Position numbers and translations under genes: made by a program | Source: Octopus bimaculoides | Lineage: Eukaryota | NCBI RefSeq assembly: GCF_001194135.2 | Contig: NC_068982.1 | Span: 188,568,516 to 188,632,515 of the forward strand | Length of the DNA: 64,000 nt | Direction of reading: 5' to 3' | The notes under the pieces: generated by a model | The model's database searches: none | Told to the model about the DNA's origin: nothing | The model's input: only the letters and a program-made list of their open reading frames with translations | Shown: positions 23,786 through 37,613 of the stretch, in pieces | How positions within the stretch are numbered: position 1 is the first letter of the stretch | Layout of the letters: the number at the start of each line of letters is the position of its first letter

Positions 23786-23954
23786 CTTTGTGATAACTTC
23801 AAAACCTGGTTCGTCTTGTTGGTTAATCTCCATGCCAGGTAAGTCTTCGTTAAACATGACAGCTATTTCATCAAGTGGACGAGAATTCATGTGAGACGGT
23901 TGTAGGAGAGCATCTCGGAAGAAACTCGTGACTTTTGAAAAACCTCCCAATGTA
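23786..23954 (-). CDS. TBC1D15: TBC1D15 coding exon 6, 5' end lost in gap (TLGGFSKVTSFFRDALL...EINQQDEPGFEVITK)
   Basis: Conserved GFSKVT and INQQ-EPGFEVIT motifs; donor gtatat. The reading frame runs into the N gap at 23955-23964. Confidence 0.9.
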
Positions 23955-23989
23955 NNNNNNNNNNGTCATTTAATGTAAATGTTGTGGCT

Positions 23990-24305
23990 GAGTTCCTTTT
24001 GAGTGTTGGGCCTCACGGAGTCAATGACCAAGACCTTTGGCATTATGTCGTGCTTGAAATCACAGTTGTGGCAGATACCAGTGTCATGCAAATTGGCACA
24101 CAGATGGCACCCATGCCGGTGGCACCCATGCTGGTGGCACATAAAAGCACACATTACACTCTTGGAGTGGTTGGCGCTAGGAAGGGCATCCAGCCGGAGA
24201 AAACCATGCCAGATCAGACTGGAGTCTGGTGCAGCCTTCCGGCGTGCCAGCCCAGTCAAACTGTCCAACCCATACCAGCATGGGCAATGGACGCTGAATG
24301 ATGAT
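23990..24305 (+). mobile_element. RTE LINE 3' fragment next to the exon 6 gap
   Basis: LGLTESMTK... ORF end and 3' tail. Confidence 0.75.
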
Positions 24306-24445
24306 GCTCAATGGTGTCATGGGTTTGACAAGATCCGACAACCATTTCACAGCAACTTGTTTCATGATACCAGCACAAATGGCTTGCAAGACTAGGAATC
24401 ACCATTTCCCATTTCTGTGGTGCCCCACTTCCCTTGGTGCCTTAA

Positions 24446-25334
24446 CCCTTTCGTTACTATATTTCTGACCAAAATACACCCCTCATGAGTTTCAATTAAA
24501 TTCTAAAATAATCATGAATTTAGACTAGTCTCATTGAACACCTGTAACTTTTTTATTTATCAACATATTAATGTGATATTTGGAACATAATTAAAGAAAG
24601 GGTTCNNNNNNNNNNNNNNNNNNNNNNNNNNNNNNNNNNNNNNNNNNNNNNNNNNNNNNNNNNNNNNNNNNNNNNNNNNNNNNNNNNNNNNNNNNNNNNN
24701 NNNNNNNNNNNNNNNNNNNNNNNNNNNNNNNNNNNNNNNNNNNNNNNNNNNNNNNNNNNNNNNNNNNNNNNNNNNNNNNNNNNNNNNNNNNNNNNNNNNN
24801 NNNNNNNNNNNNNNNNNNNNNNNNNNNNNNNNNNNNNNNNNNNNNNNNNNNNNNNNNNNNNNNNNNNNNNNNNNNNNNNNNNNNNNNNNNNNNNNNNNNN
24901 NNNNNNNNNNNNNNNNNNNNNNNNNNNNNNNNNNNNNNNNNNNNNNNNNNNNNNNNNNNNNNNNNNNNNNNNNNNNNNNNNNNNNNNNNNNNNNNNNNNN
25001 NNNNNNNNNNNNNNNNNNNNNNNNNNNNNNNNNNNNNNNNNNNNNNNNNNNNNNNNNNNNNNNNNNNNNNCCATCTTCAAAGTTGAAAAAAATCAACGCC
25101 GCAAAAAATGTGGAAAAAAATCTTCCAAAATTCCCTGAGTTCAAATATCACGCCAAACAATGTGGGAGACAATAACTCAACTGTTTGCAAAGTGAAATCA
25201 GGTGTTTTAACGAATGTATTAACGAGAATTGGGTTCAAATATACATTTAAATAACAATGGGTACGCTCGGCCGGGTTAGTCTTATGAACCAAAAATTTTT
25301 TCGGCCGGCAACGGCCGGGTTAGTAACGAAAGGG
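24446..25334. mobile_element. piggyBac-type MITE/non-autonomous transposon (contains gap)
   Basis: TTAA TSD on both sides and perfect TIR CCCTTTCGTTACTA / TAGTAACGAAAGGG. Confidence 0.8.
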
Positions 25335-27209
25335 TTAAGCACGTGCTTAATCCAGCGCTGGCTAGTTGTGAATGGGGACAGAAGAACTGAGAGTGTGGGT
25401 GGGTAATGGTTGCAAGGGTGTAGGGGGGAGATGGGAAGGGAATAAAACAAAGAGCACACGTGGAATGGTTTGAGCAATTGGTTTTAGACATGGCAACACT
25501 GCTCACTGTTACTCAGCCGATCATAATGGAGAAGTAGTACTTCATTTGAGTCAATCGGAAAGAATGAGAATAGATAGGGGGAGACAACTACACTGTGTCT
25601 CTCACAGCTCAATAGGATCAGCCAGTAACATATTGGGACTAAACGAAATTACAGTAAACCCTCAACTATCAAGGGTGTTATGTTCCAAAACACCCCATGA
25701 TAGATGAAAATCTGCAAAGTAGAAACAGTAAGGCAGCGAGCTGGCAGAAATGTTAGCACGGTGGCCGAAATGCTTAGCGGTATTTCGTCTGCTGTGACGT
25801 TCTGAGTTCAAATTCTGCCAAGGTTGACTTTGCTTTTCATCCTTTCGGGGTTGATAAATGAAGTACCAGTTACGCACTGGGGTCGATGTAATCGACTTAA
25901 TCCCTTTGTCTGTCCTTGTTTGTCCCCTCTATGTTTAGCCCCTTGTGGGCAGTAAAGAAATAAGAAACAGTACTGTATATTTTTTCACATTATTTTTGGC
26001 TCATAGGTGCAGGAGTGGCCGTGTGGTAAGTAGTTTGCTTACCAACTACATGGTTCCAGGTTCCGTCCCACTGCATGGCACCTTGGGCAAGTGTCTTCTA
26101 CTATAGCCTCAGGGCAACCAAGGCCTTGTGAGTGGATTTGGTAGACGGAAACTGAAAGAAACCCGTCATGTGTGTATATATATATATATATATATGCGTG
26201 TGTGTACATAGGTATGTGCTTGTCTGTCTGTCCTCTCACCAGCATCACTTGACAACCGATGCTGGTGTGTTTACATCCCCGTAAATTATTTTGAGAATAA
26301 TGAAGAATTTATCAAAATTTGGAACTTAACTTAAAATGAAATTTTGATGATAAAGTTTTAATTAGATCACTTTAAAACAGAAGATTTGTTTCACAGAAGC
26401 AGGAGCAATTGCGAGGGGTGGGGGGATCATAAGAATTACTCAGGAGTTTTAAATCTTTCTAATGATATTTTGATGGCAGATTCTAATTGAGAACCCATGG
26501 AATCTCCAACAGGAGAACAGGGATGCCTCCCTTACATGTAAAAAAAAAAAAGGAAAAAGAAATCAAATGAGAGGAGCCTATAAGTAGTCATTCACTTTTG
26601 CTAGAAATAGCCTTCAAATCTCCCTCAAAGCACAACACTAAATGCATAGACACAGCTGGGGTTAAGAAGGTTGCTTCCGACTTCATGGTCCTGGGTTTTG
26701 GTCCCACTGTGTGATACCTCTGGCAAGTGATGTCTTCTATAACCCTGGGCTGACCAAAGCCTTGTGAGTGGATATGGTAACGGAAACTGAAAGAAGCCTT
26801 TGTTTAAGTGCATAAGTGTATGTTTGTGTTTCCTTGTCTTGACATCATGCCATCATCATCATCATTTAACGTCCATTGTCCATGCTGGCATGGGTTGGAC
26901 TGTTTGACCGGGGCTGGCCAGCTGGAAGGCTGCACCAGACTCCAGTCTGATTTGGCATGGCTTTCTATGGCTGGATGCCCTTCATAAGGCCAACCACTCC
27001 AAGAGTGTAACAGGAGCTTTTATGTGCCACCGGCACAAGTGCCATTTGTGTGACACTGGGTGCGTTTACATTCCGCTAGCACGGGTGCTAATTTGCATGG
27101 CACCAGTATCTGCCTTAACTGCAATTTTGATCAGCTCAATGGGTCTTGTCAAGCATGTTGTAAACCAATAGTTCTCAACTAGGATCCATATAGGATTTTT
27201 GGCGAAAAG

Positions 27210-27876
27210 TTGGACTTAAGAAGCATCAGATATGGTGTGCCAGAGAGACGACTGCAGTGGTATGGTCATGTGATGCGAATGGATGAGGACAGCTGTGTGA
27301 AAAAGCGTCACACCCTAAGCAGTTGAGGGAACCTGTGGAAGAGGTAGACCCAGGAAGACCTAGGATGAGGAGGTGAAGCTCGATCTTCAAACATTGGGCC
27401 TCAACCAGGCAATGATTAGTGACCGAGACCTTTGGAGATATGCTGTGCTTGAGAAGACCCGACAAGCCAGGTGAGACCATAACCCGTGGCCTATGCCAGT
27501 GGTGTATAACCAGCCCGCTTATGGATACCCCTCATTCATTTGACAATAAACTTTGCTTGTGAAGACCTACTGAGGCAAGTGAAATCAGAATCGCTGATGT
27601 GGTCGATGACAGTACCACCTGATTAGCACTCATGCCAGTGGAATGTTAAAAGCACCATCCAAGCGTGATCGTTGCCAGGGCTGCTGACTGGCTCTCGTGC
27701 AGGTGGCACGTAAAAGCACCCACTACACTCTCGGAGTGGTTGGCGTTAGGAAGAGCATCCAGCTGTAGAAACTTTGCCAGAGGCTGGTGCAGCCTCCTGG
27801 CTTCCCAGTCCCCAGTCAAACCGTCCAACCCATGCCAGCATGCAAAAAGGCACGTTAAACGACGACAATGATGATG
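27210..27876 (+). mobile_element. RTE LINE 3' fragment
   Basis: Same ORF2 end and 3' UTR as the 35904 copy, decayed. Confidence 0.82.
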
Positions 27877-30279
27877 GCACAAGAAAAATAGTAAATTGGG
27901 GATCCAAAACAGGATACGATGGGTAAAGGAACAAATTTTGCTTTACATGTAGAAATAGGGAGGTTTCTTTCACCAACATTTTAATAGTTCAAACTACACA
28001 AGTTAATTTGTGGAAAGCAAAACAGGAATTTTGAAAGAAGTGTCTATAAAACTAGTTTTTAAAGATTGAATGGTTATAGGGGTCCACCAGAATAAAATAG
28101 TAATCAAAGGAGTCTGTTGATAAAAATTGGTTGAGAACCACTGGTGTAAATGTGTGTCATTCATTCCCAATTTTGGGGGAAAAAAGTTGGGTACAGGAAA
28201 GGCATCCAGCTGTAGGAAATTTGCCTCAATGAATTCCATCTGATCCACAAAAGCATGGAAAAGTGGGCCTTAAATGATGGTGATGATGATGATGACTTAG
28301 TGATTTCATTATTTCCTACTTTGTGTGTATAACTGTTTGGTGAATGCATTCAAGGTGACTCTGTAGCAAGATTTGGCTTAGGTGAAATGCGAAGGGAGGG
28401 GGCTACTTGTTACCTCCTTTGTCTTGGTTCCTCAATCATTTCCAACTGCTTTGATTTATTTGGCCAGCATGGAAGATGGGTCAGAGGTCGTTTACTTTGG
28501 TAGAGGAGAGAGTGGTTAGTACGAACATCAAGGAAAGTAAGCGTGGCTGTGTAGTAAGAAGCTTGTTTCTCAACTACATGGTTCTGGGTTCAGTCCCACT
28601 GTATAGAAAATTGAGCAAGTGTCTTCTACTAAAGCCACGGGCCACCCAAATCCTTGTGAATGGATTTGGTAGACAGAAACAGAAACTCGTGTATGTGTGT
28701 GTGTGTCACCCACCACCATTTGACAATTGGTGTTGATACGTTTATATCCCCAGAACTTAGCGGTTTAGCAAAAGAAACCAATAGAAAAAAGTACCAGGTT
28801 TTAGAATTTAAAAAAAAAAAGTAAGTATTGGGGTGGATTCAACTAAAAATTCTTCAAGGCGATGCCCCAGCATGGCCGCAGTCTAATGACTAAAACAAGA
28901 TAAACAAGATTTTTTAAAATAGTAAACAAATTCATATCCCATTTCTATTTAATATTAGAAGCCACGGGTCAAACCACTGACATTTCCCAGGTTTATGTTT
29001 TGAGTGAAGAATTTTAATTCAAATATAAAAAGGGATTCCAAAACTTAGATTAGGAATCTTTGACGTATTAAATGAAATGGTGCCAAGACTAAATGCCACC
29101 ACATCTCAAAAAATACTGCCCTTGTTTTAGATCCATTCTAATTTAGACTGAACAGATGTGTTCAAAGGCATTCAAACCATGACCGTCCTTTCTTAAAAAC
29201 ATTAAACCCTGGCCTACATTGTCGAAGGGGTTGTGCTTTTTCTAAGGTAACCTCTAACCTCTCACTAGGCTAACAGCCGCTTTCCTTGGTTCCACTTCCT
29301 CTCTCAGCTAAGAAGTCTTTGTCTTTTGATGACCCTGCCGGTGCCATGTAAGAAGCATGTACGCTGGTGCCACATGAAAAACACTTGAGCTGGTACCATG
29401 TAAAGAGCATCCAGTCATACAAACCACGCCAAAACAGACAAGCGGAGCCTGATGCAGCTTTTTGCCTTGCCAGATCCTGTTGAACTGTTCAACCCATGCC
29501 AGCATGGAAAAACAAACATTAAATGATGATGAAGATGAATGTGTGGTTTGAGGGAGATTTTGCTGCTATTTCTACCAAGCTGAATGACGACATAAACACT
29601 CCCTCGTTGGCACGTTAAAATGCAGGTAGATGCAGACAGCAGCAATGAAGCAGAGGAAGATGTAAAACTTCCAAATGGAGAGAGCAACAGAAGAAAATAA
29701 ATAAACCACTTTGAAGCTGAATGGAAGAAAAAGATTTTTGTCCCCATTGTTTCCCTCAGAGAACCAATGGTACCATTTTGTCAGGACGTGAGCTGTTTAG
29801 CAAATTAAGGATATCAAGTGCAAAAGTGCTCGTTATAAACTATTGCCTTGCAGAAACACAAGAGCTACGAAGTGTAGGGTGAAACTGTTCAATGCACCTA
29901 GGTACTCACACAAGGTTTCTTCACAGGGTAGGGACCATAGAAAGCTTTATAAACCTGAAAGTATAAAAATCTCTTTAGGCAAGGTCACATCATATTTTGG
30001 GTTTCCATTTGAGATCAGAAAATATTTAAAACCCAAACAGCTGCATGACTATGTTACGAAGCAGAAAGTTTTCCCTATACCAGACAACCACTCCCATATC
30101 AAGGGGGAAGAGATTCACTCCCGTCAAACCAACAAATTCAGCATCTGTCAAAAGACGCAAGTGTGGTGGGGAAGACAGTTGCTGCTGCATCTCATTCAGA
30201 GGTCCAAAGCTACCATAGCACAAATCTTGTTCTCCAAGCTAGACAGAAAATACAAAATATAAAAAAAGATTAAACTTAC

Positions 30280-30391
30280 CGATACTAAATGTTCTGAAGA
30301 ATCGGTAAACAAGTTCAGTTTATCAAATGATTCAGAGAGCATACCAGGGTCATGATCTTCCACTATCCACAGGCGGTTGTCGTTCGGTGAC
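30280..30391 (-). CDS. TBC1D15: TBC1D15 coding exon 5 (SPNDNRLWIVEDHDPGMLSESFDKLNLFTDSSEHLVS)
   Basis: Acceptor tttgtag, donor gtaagt, 112 nt, phase 2 to 0. Resembles human SPQDKRTLLV...LSQSFENL. Confidence 0.88.
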
Positions 30392-32865
30392 CTACAAATT
30401 ACAGAAATTGACAAGAAATAAAACAAATTTTTTACAGTAACAAGATGTTTGTAATGTTCAGATTTTCTCCAAAGACATTAGTCATATGAAAGTAGAAGAT
30501 CTAGGCATGGAAACAGGGCCAATGGTCCAGGTTACAAAGAGAAGCTGACAATTTCTCACATAGAAACAAGACCAGATGGCCACCACTGCAGAATACATTT
30601 CTTTAACCCATTAAGCATTCAGATTCCTCTGTCAAAAGTAATCTATTCACTTTCTTTTGATAATCGTATTTTCTCACGACTTCAGGATTGCAACAATATG
30701 ATTGCTTACTTTCAGAATGACATTGTGGGGTATGCATGAGAGGTCTAATCGAGCCAGTTTGAACACAGAATAAGGTAGGACATCTGCACCAGATATGACA
30801 GGGTTTTGCAATACCATATAGTTACTCTTGAAGAATGTGATTATGACCAAGCGCCCTTCCAAAAATCAACCACCAGAACAGACTCAGTATATTTATCACG
30901 TGGTTGAAGGTTCAATCTCATTGCTTGGCAAATTTCTTCTATTATACCAGTTGAGGGAGCAATACCTTGTGAAAGGAAATTGGCAAATGAAAACTGCATA
31001 AAAGCTCTAAATGTGTATTTTTACTGTGTAGTACCTTGGGTATGTATCTTTGAATAAAGAACTCGCTGTCCAAAGCCTTGTGAGTGTATTTAGTAGACAG
31101 AAATTGAAAGAAACCTGTCGTGTGTGTGTGTGATGAGTGTTACTGTCATCCAGTGTCATTCATTTCTGATATTCTGCAAAAATAGGTCTGACCGTGGGGT
31201 AATATTACCTTGCCTTAGAAACAGGTGAGGGTTTGCAACAGACAAGCAGCCACAACAAACTGCGGCAAGCAAGCATGGAAAAGCAGGTTTTCAATGAGAC
31301 AATCATTAGTCCTCTGTTTATATGACAGTGAAAGTGACAAGGGATGGTCAGTGTAACTCAGGTGGAATAAGTACCAGAGGATTTTTATTCAAAAGCACTA
31401 GTGTGTCAGTTTTGGGCCTTATCCAACCTTTGGTAGATGGAAAATGGAGGAAGCTTGTCGTGCGCGCGTGTGTGTTTGTGTCTGCATACATCTGCGTCCT
31501 ATGAATGTTGCATGCTACAAGTGGTGCAATAGTTCAATTGCTTGGTGCCTTCAAAAATGTGTAAAATAAGAGATCTCTCACTTGATAAACAGGTAAAAGT
31601 TACCAAGAGGAAGGGCATTTGACTGTAAAACAGTCCCTCAGCAATCTTACACACCTACCCCTGCTAGTATGGGGAAAAGGATGTTAAAAATGAACAAAGT
31701 ATCAATGTTTACAGGTTTTCAACAAGACACTCACTGTATTTAAGTTGGTAAGAGTGGCAAAGGATAGTTTGTGCTTGTTGGCTGGTCTGAGGTGGTGACT
31801 GGTTAAGTTGTTGAATGAAAATGTTTCTCTTGCGCTGTGTGAAGAAGTAACTGGACAACACCAGGAACAATTAACGGAAGATTTATCATTTTATTATGGC
31901 CTTTTACAAATAATAACAGCAATAATTACATACTGGGGGAGATGTACAGCTTGGGGTTTACAACAAGCTTACTGAGTCAGAAATCTGTGGCTGGCCCCAC
32001 ATGTGGCAATGGAGGTTCCTGTCTCAACCATCTGACTGAGAAAGGAATGGAGATGCAATGTGCAGCTGCCTCAACATCCTGCAATTACCACCAAAAGTGG
32101 CTTTTTATAGGGCACAAGGAGAAAGGTCTAGATGATTGAATCACACAATGGCTTGATACTGATTGGTTGCTTAATAGACTAATCACATGAAACTACTGAG
32201 GCTCAGCGCTGATGTCTGACCAGTTACCTAGTGGTTCAATTTCGAATCACCACTACAATGTACTTCAGGTAAAGAACCACAGCTTTTTTTTTTGTTTTGT
32301 TTTTTACTAGAAATGCCTAGGTTATTGATGTTGTCAATGCTTATATTTTTTGAACATCAAAAGATGTACACATACATTTGGAGAATTTTTGAGATTATCT
32401 CCCCTTTTCAAGTGGAGTTGATCTCAGTTGCCATTTGATAACTATAATACACCCATGCCAGTGACATGTAAAAAGCATCCAGTACACACTGTGAGGTGGT
32501 TAGCATTAGGAAGGGCATCCAACCAAAGAAGCCATACCAAAACAGACAACTGGAGCCTGGCGCAGCTCTCTGGCCTTGCCAGCTCCTGTCAAACTTTTCT
32601 ACTCTAGGCACAAGGCCTGAAATTTTGGGGAAAAGGGAGCACTCGATTAGATCGACCCCAGTACGCAACTGGTACTTAATTTATCGACCCCAAAAGGATG
32701 AAAGGCAAAGCCGACTTTGACGAATTTGAACTCAGAACGTAAAGACAGACAAAATACCGCTAGGCATTTTACCCGGTGTGCTAATGATTCTGCAAATGTA
32801 TGACAAACTGTCCAACCCATGACAGCATGGAAAACAGATGTTAAAATGATGATGATCCTCTAAAG

Positions 32866-33041
32866 CAGTGCTTCTTAAACTATGGGTCACAAAGAGAAAT
32901 ACTGGGGTCGCGAAAATTAAATTCAAACACTTGAATTTCAGTTTACATGTTATTTCACAAATGTATATTCAATACTTGGGGTTGTGAAAAATCTTGTGAT
33001 GAAAAATGGGGTTGTAAAAGAAAAAAGTTTAAGAAGCGTTG
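32866..33041. mobile_element. hAT-type MITE
   Basis: TIR CAGTGCTTCTTAAACT / AGTTTAAGAAGCGTTG with exact 8-bp TSD ctctaaag. Confidence 0.82.
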
Positions 33042-34031
33042 CTCTAAAGCAACAGTTCTCCACCCTTTTTATACTTATGGACCCCTTTGGTTACTATTTC
33101 ACTAAGTTTTTTAAAGTCTTGTAAAGAGTCTAATATATTCTTTTGCAGTCTTTTTACCATCTTAGAAATATTTATTCTGCAATAAAATACTTACTGCGGA
33201 GAGACTTTTTGAACACCCTGTATTTATTTCTTTATTGCACACAGGGGTCTAAACATAGAAGGGACAAACAAGGACAGACATCAACCCCAGTGCATAACTG
33301 GTACTTATTTAATCAACCCCGAAAGGATGCAAGGCAAAATCAACCTCGGCGTAATTTGAACTCAGAAAGCAAAGGCAGACGAAATACCACTAAGCATTTC
33401 TCCCGGTGTACTAACAATTCTGCCAGCTCACTACCCTATATAATAGGGATATTATATAGGGACAAGTAAGAACAGTTGCGGAGACAGAAGGTAGAGCCAA
33501 AGTGCCACTAACAAAGTAGTACTCAATACAAAGCTTTGAAAGGGTCACACACTGGGATTGATTGTGAAGTCAGAAAATTTGAATTGCATATAACTTCCTT
33601 TTATCTTTTGTTTCAGTCACTGGTCTATGGCCATGCTGGGGCACCACCTAGAGTGGTTTAGCTGAATAACTCGACTCTAGTACTTGTTTCTAAGTCTGGT
33701 ACTTATTCTAGTGGTGTCCTTTGCCAAACCACTAAGTTACACACTAGTTGTCAAATGGTGTGGGACACACCACACCACACACATACATAGATACACACAC
33801 ACGACAGCTTCCACAGTTTTCGCCTACCAAATGCATTCTCAAGACTTAGGTCAACCCAGGGCTACAAGAGAAGACACCTGCCCAAGGTGCCACAAAGTGG
33901 CAAAGGGGGTGGTGGACAAAACTAAAATTATATGATTGCAAAGTGAACGTCTTAACCAGTCGGCCATGAATGCATCTATTTTTTTTTTTTTTTTTTTTTA
34001 ATGATGAATAATGTAAAACTAGAACACTTAC

Positions 34032-34245
34032 ATCTGAATGCAAACATGTTGGCTGAGGAGGGAGAAAAATTCCGATGATCCACCAGAATGAAAATGCAGT
34101 GCTGGATATGTGGTACCGTCTTTGAGGATGAAGATGAAGTATTTCCAGCCGTGATGAACTGAATTCGTTTTGAGACTTTTCAAATCGAGGATATCAAAAC
34201 TTATATTGTACTTCTTCCGCGTTTCAGTTTTGGAATTTATAGTCA
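34032..34245 (-). CDS. TBC1D15: TBC1D15 coding exon 4 (...KYNISFDILDLKSLK...GWKYFIFILKDGTTYPALHFHSGGS...)
   Basis: 214 nt, phase 1 to 2, donor gtaagt. Contains the PALHFH motif of the N-terminal domain. Confidence 0.92.
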
Positions 34246-34289
34246 CTAATAACAACAACAATAATAATAATAATTATAATAACAATTTC

Positions 34290-34890
34290 AAATTTTTTGC
34301 CACAAGGGCAGCTTGGGAAAGGGGATTAAGTCAAATGCATTGCCCCCAGTGCATAACTGGTACTTATTCAATCGACCCCAAAAGGGTGAACGGCAAAGTC
34401 GACCTTGGTGGAATTTGAACTCAGAACGTAGAGGCAGACAAAATACTGCTAAGCATCTCACCTGGCATGCTAACGACTTCAATAGTTTCAAAGCTGCCAC
34501 AGGGGCAGCAATTTTGGGGGAGAGGATGAGTCGATTAGATCGACCCCGGTATGCAACTGGTACTTATTCAATCGACCCCGAAAGGATGAAAGGCAAAGTC
34601 GACCTTTGCGGAATTTGAACTCAGAACATAGAGTAGACGAAATACTCAATCATTTCGCCCGGCGTGCTAACGATTCTGCCAGCACACCGCCTTAGATAAT
34701 AATAATAATAATAATTTTGGCAGAAGGCAACGAAGTTTGGAGGATGGGGTTAATTGATTACATCCAACCGAGTGTTGAACTGTCATTCTATTGACCCCGA
34801 AAGAATGAAAGGCAGTCGACCATGGCGGAATTTGAACTCAGAGCACTTTGCCTGCTGTGCTGACGATTCTGTCAGCTTGCCGCCTTCATA
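34290..34890 (-). repeat. Cluster of 3-4 tandem Deu/Nin-like SINE copies
   Basis: Repeated ctggtacttattcaatcgacccc...gtcgacc...ggaatttgaactcagaac units at ~34350, ~34560 and ~34790. Confidence 0.8.
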
Positions 34891-35460
34891 ATAATAACAA
34901 AATTAATAAAATTGTACATTATCTGATCAACGTGCAATGTCTTTTCAATTAGTGAAAAAAGAGAGAAAATATATAAAAGATTTTGTAAGGGGAGAGAATC
35001 CAGTAAACTGAATCGAACACAAAATTGTAATTACTCTGAAGCAGTTATGGACCTTGCTTGATGACGTAACTCTAGCCATTGAGTAAGTGGTTCGAATGCT
35101 GAGCATTGCTAGATGTTATTCAGCTTAAAACGTTTTGTTACCATATTAAAACAGAAACCATATTGAAATATGTTAATACTGCCTTTTTGTAATTAATTTG
35201 GAAAATAATGAAGAATTAAGCGAAACCACATTTTCATTATTAAGCTGGTCTTTGGAACATAAATTAGTTTGAAGTTTTGATTGAGATCTCTTTAACTCAT
35301 CTGTTATAATATTTCTGTTGAAATGCATTGCCTTTGTTTCAATTAATTTATAAACTAATGAAGAATTTAGTAAAATAACTTTCATCATTATTAATCTGGT
35401 GCTAATTCATAACGAACTGCCATCCAATGAGAACAAATAGATGAAAGCAATCGTCTTTAC

Positions 35461-35575
35461 CTGATTCAGACTGTCTGTCTAATTTATAACCAACAGCATT
35501 ACCAACCACAGCCCAATCGTGTTCATCAGAAGAAGGCACTTCTTCAGCTTTCCATTCTACAAATAAACCTTCCGG
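35461..35575 (-). CDS. TBC1D15: TBC1D15 coding exon 3 (PEGLFVEWKAEEVPSSDEHDWAVVGNAVGYKLDRQSES)
   Basis: Poly-T acceptor tttcag, donor gtaaag, 115 nt, phase 0 to 1. Confidence 0.85.
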
Positions 35576-35903
35576 CTGAAATAAAAAAAAAAAAAAGAAT
35601 AACAATAACTGAGCAGTTTGGCAAAAGAGACTGATAGAATAATTACATGGATTTTTTTTTTTAGAAAAGAAAGTACTGGGGTTGATCCATTTGACTACAA
35701 GAATTCTTAAAGGCGGTGCCCCAGCATGGCCGCAGTCTAATGCCTGAAGCAAGTAAAAAGATAAAATATATACACACAACAGTTATTATAATAAATAATT
35801 TCATTTTCCTGCTCCATAAATAACAAACAAAAGGGCAATGAATTGTTGGAGCAGGTTTTGTGGTGTGAAATGTGTCTTAACAGAAAACAATACTGGTTAG
35901 CCA

Positions 35904-36973
35904 TGAAATAGTTTCTGCGACCTAGGCAACCAAGTCTGTAGTGGGGTGGGGTTGCACTGGGAGTGTAGCGACTAGAGTAAGAATAGCCTGGACAAAGTTC
36001 AGGGAGCTCCTACCTCTGCTGGCAACTAAGGGCTTCTCGCTCAGGGTGGAAGGTAGACTGTATGATGCATGTGTGCAAACAGTTATGCTACACAGCAGTG
36101 AAACATGGGCCATGAATGCTGAAGATATGCATAGGCTTGAAAGAAATGAAGCTAGTATGATCCACTGGATATGTAAAATCAGTGAGCATACACAACAGAG
36201 TGTAAGTGCCCTGAGAGAAATGTTAGACATAAGAAGCATCAAATGTGGTGTGCAAGAGAGGTGGCTGTGCTGGTATGGTCATGTGTTACGTATGAATGAA
36301 GACAGCTGTATGAGGAAGTGCCACTCCCTAACTGTGGAAGAGGTAGACCCAGGAAGACAAAGGATGAGGTGGTGAAGTATGACCTTCGAACATTGGGCCT
36401 CACAGAGGCAATGACAGGAGACCAGGACCTTTGGAGATATGCTGTGATTGAGAAAACTCAGCAACTAAAGCGAGATTGCAGCCATGCATGTCCAGCCCCG
36501 TTAAGAATACCCCTGATGCATTGTGCGATATGATATGCTTGACAAGACCAGTTGAGTCAAGTAAAACCAATATCGTAGCTGTGGCCAGTTCCCCCTGCAC
36601 ATAAAAAGCACCATCCAAATGTGGTCGATGCCAGGTCCACTTGACTGGTTCCTGTGCCAGTGGCATGTAAAAAGTGCCAACCGAACGTGGCCAATGCCAG
36701 TATCTCCAGACTAGTTCCTGTGCCGGTGGCACATAAAAAGCGCTATCCAAACGTGGTCGATGCCAGTGCCGCCTGACTGGCTCCTGTGCCGGTGACACAT
36801 AAAAAGCACCCACTACATTCTCAGAGTGGTTGGCGTTAGGAAAGGCATCCAGCTGTAGAAACACTGCCAAATCAGACTGGAGCCTGGTGCAGCCACTGGC
36901 TTTACCAGAGCTCAGTCAAAGCATCCAACCCATGCCAGCATGGAAAGTGGACGTTAAACGATGATGATGATGA
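35904..36973 (+). mobile_element. RTE-clade LINE, 5'-truncated (end of ORF2, 3' UTR, (GAT)n tail)
   Basis: Translates as RIAWTKFRELLPLL...LYDACVQTVMLHSSETWAMNAEDMHRLERNEASM...WYGHVLRM, then a 3' UTR ending ggacgttaaacgatgatg. Confidence 0.88.
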
Positions 36974-37613
36974 AGGCACACATAGCACCTGCCTTTCTGG
37001 TCTCTGCTGCTGAAGAGGAGATAACCACCCTGAAATGCATGCATCCCACAGTCTGGATAGAAGACACTCTGGATGGATTCAGTGTATTTCCACCCATTTG
37101 TCTGCAGTGAGAAATGTTCTCACTAACAAAATACAGGGAATAGCTTTCTGATGAGTTTGACTATGCCCCTAAGCATATTTGAACTGGTAACTAGTGTGTA
37201 TGTACTGATATATATATATAGGGATGGATGTGTGGTAGGAAGCTTGCTAGCTAGCCACATGGTTCCAAGTTCAGTCCCACTGAGTGGCATATAGGACAAG
37301 TGTCTCTACTCTAGCCTCAAGCCAACCAAAGCCTTGTGAGTGAGTGGATTTGGGAGACAGTAATTAAAAGAAGCCGATTATGAACACACACACACATATA
37401 TATATATATATATGGGGGGTGGGGAGGGGTGTTCCCCACCTCCGCTTCACAACCACTGTTGATTCATGTCCTTGTAACTTAGCGGTTCAATGAAAGAGAC
37501 AGACAGGATAGGTATCAGGGTTAAAAAAGTACTAGGATTAGTTCGTTTGACTGAAAATTCCACAAGGCAGTGCTCCAGCATGGTCACAGTCTAATGAGTA
37601 CACACACACACAT

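Noticed and set aside
29843-30262. 139-aa plus-strand ORF near exon 5
   Set aside because: No recognisable domain; starts at an alternative codon and has no splice support.
36595-36830. CRISPR-like repeat/spacer appearance of the ~65-bp units
   Set aside because: The spacers are homologous to each other, the array lies in a LINE 3' UTR of a eukaryotic intron, and there are no cas genes.
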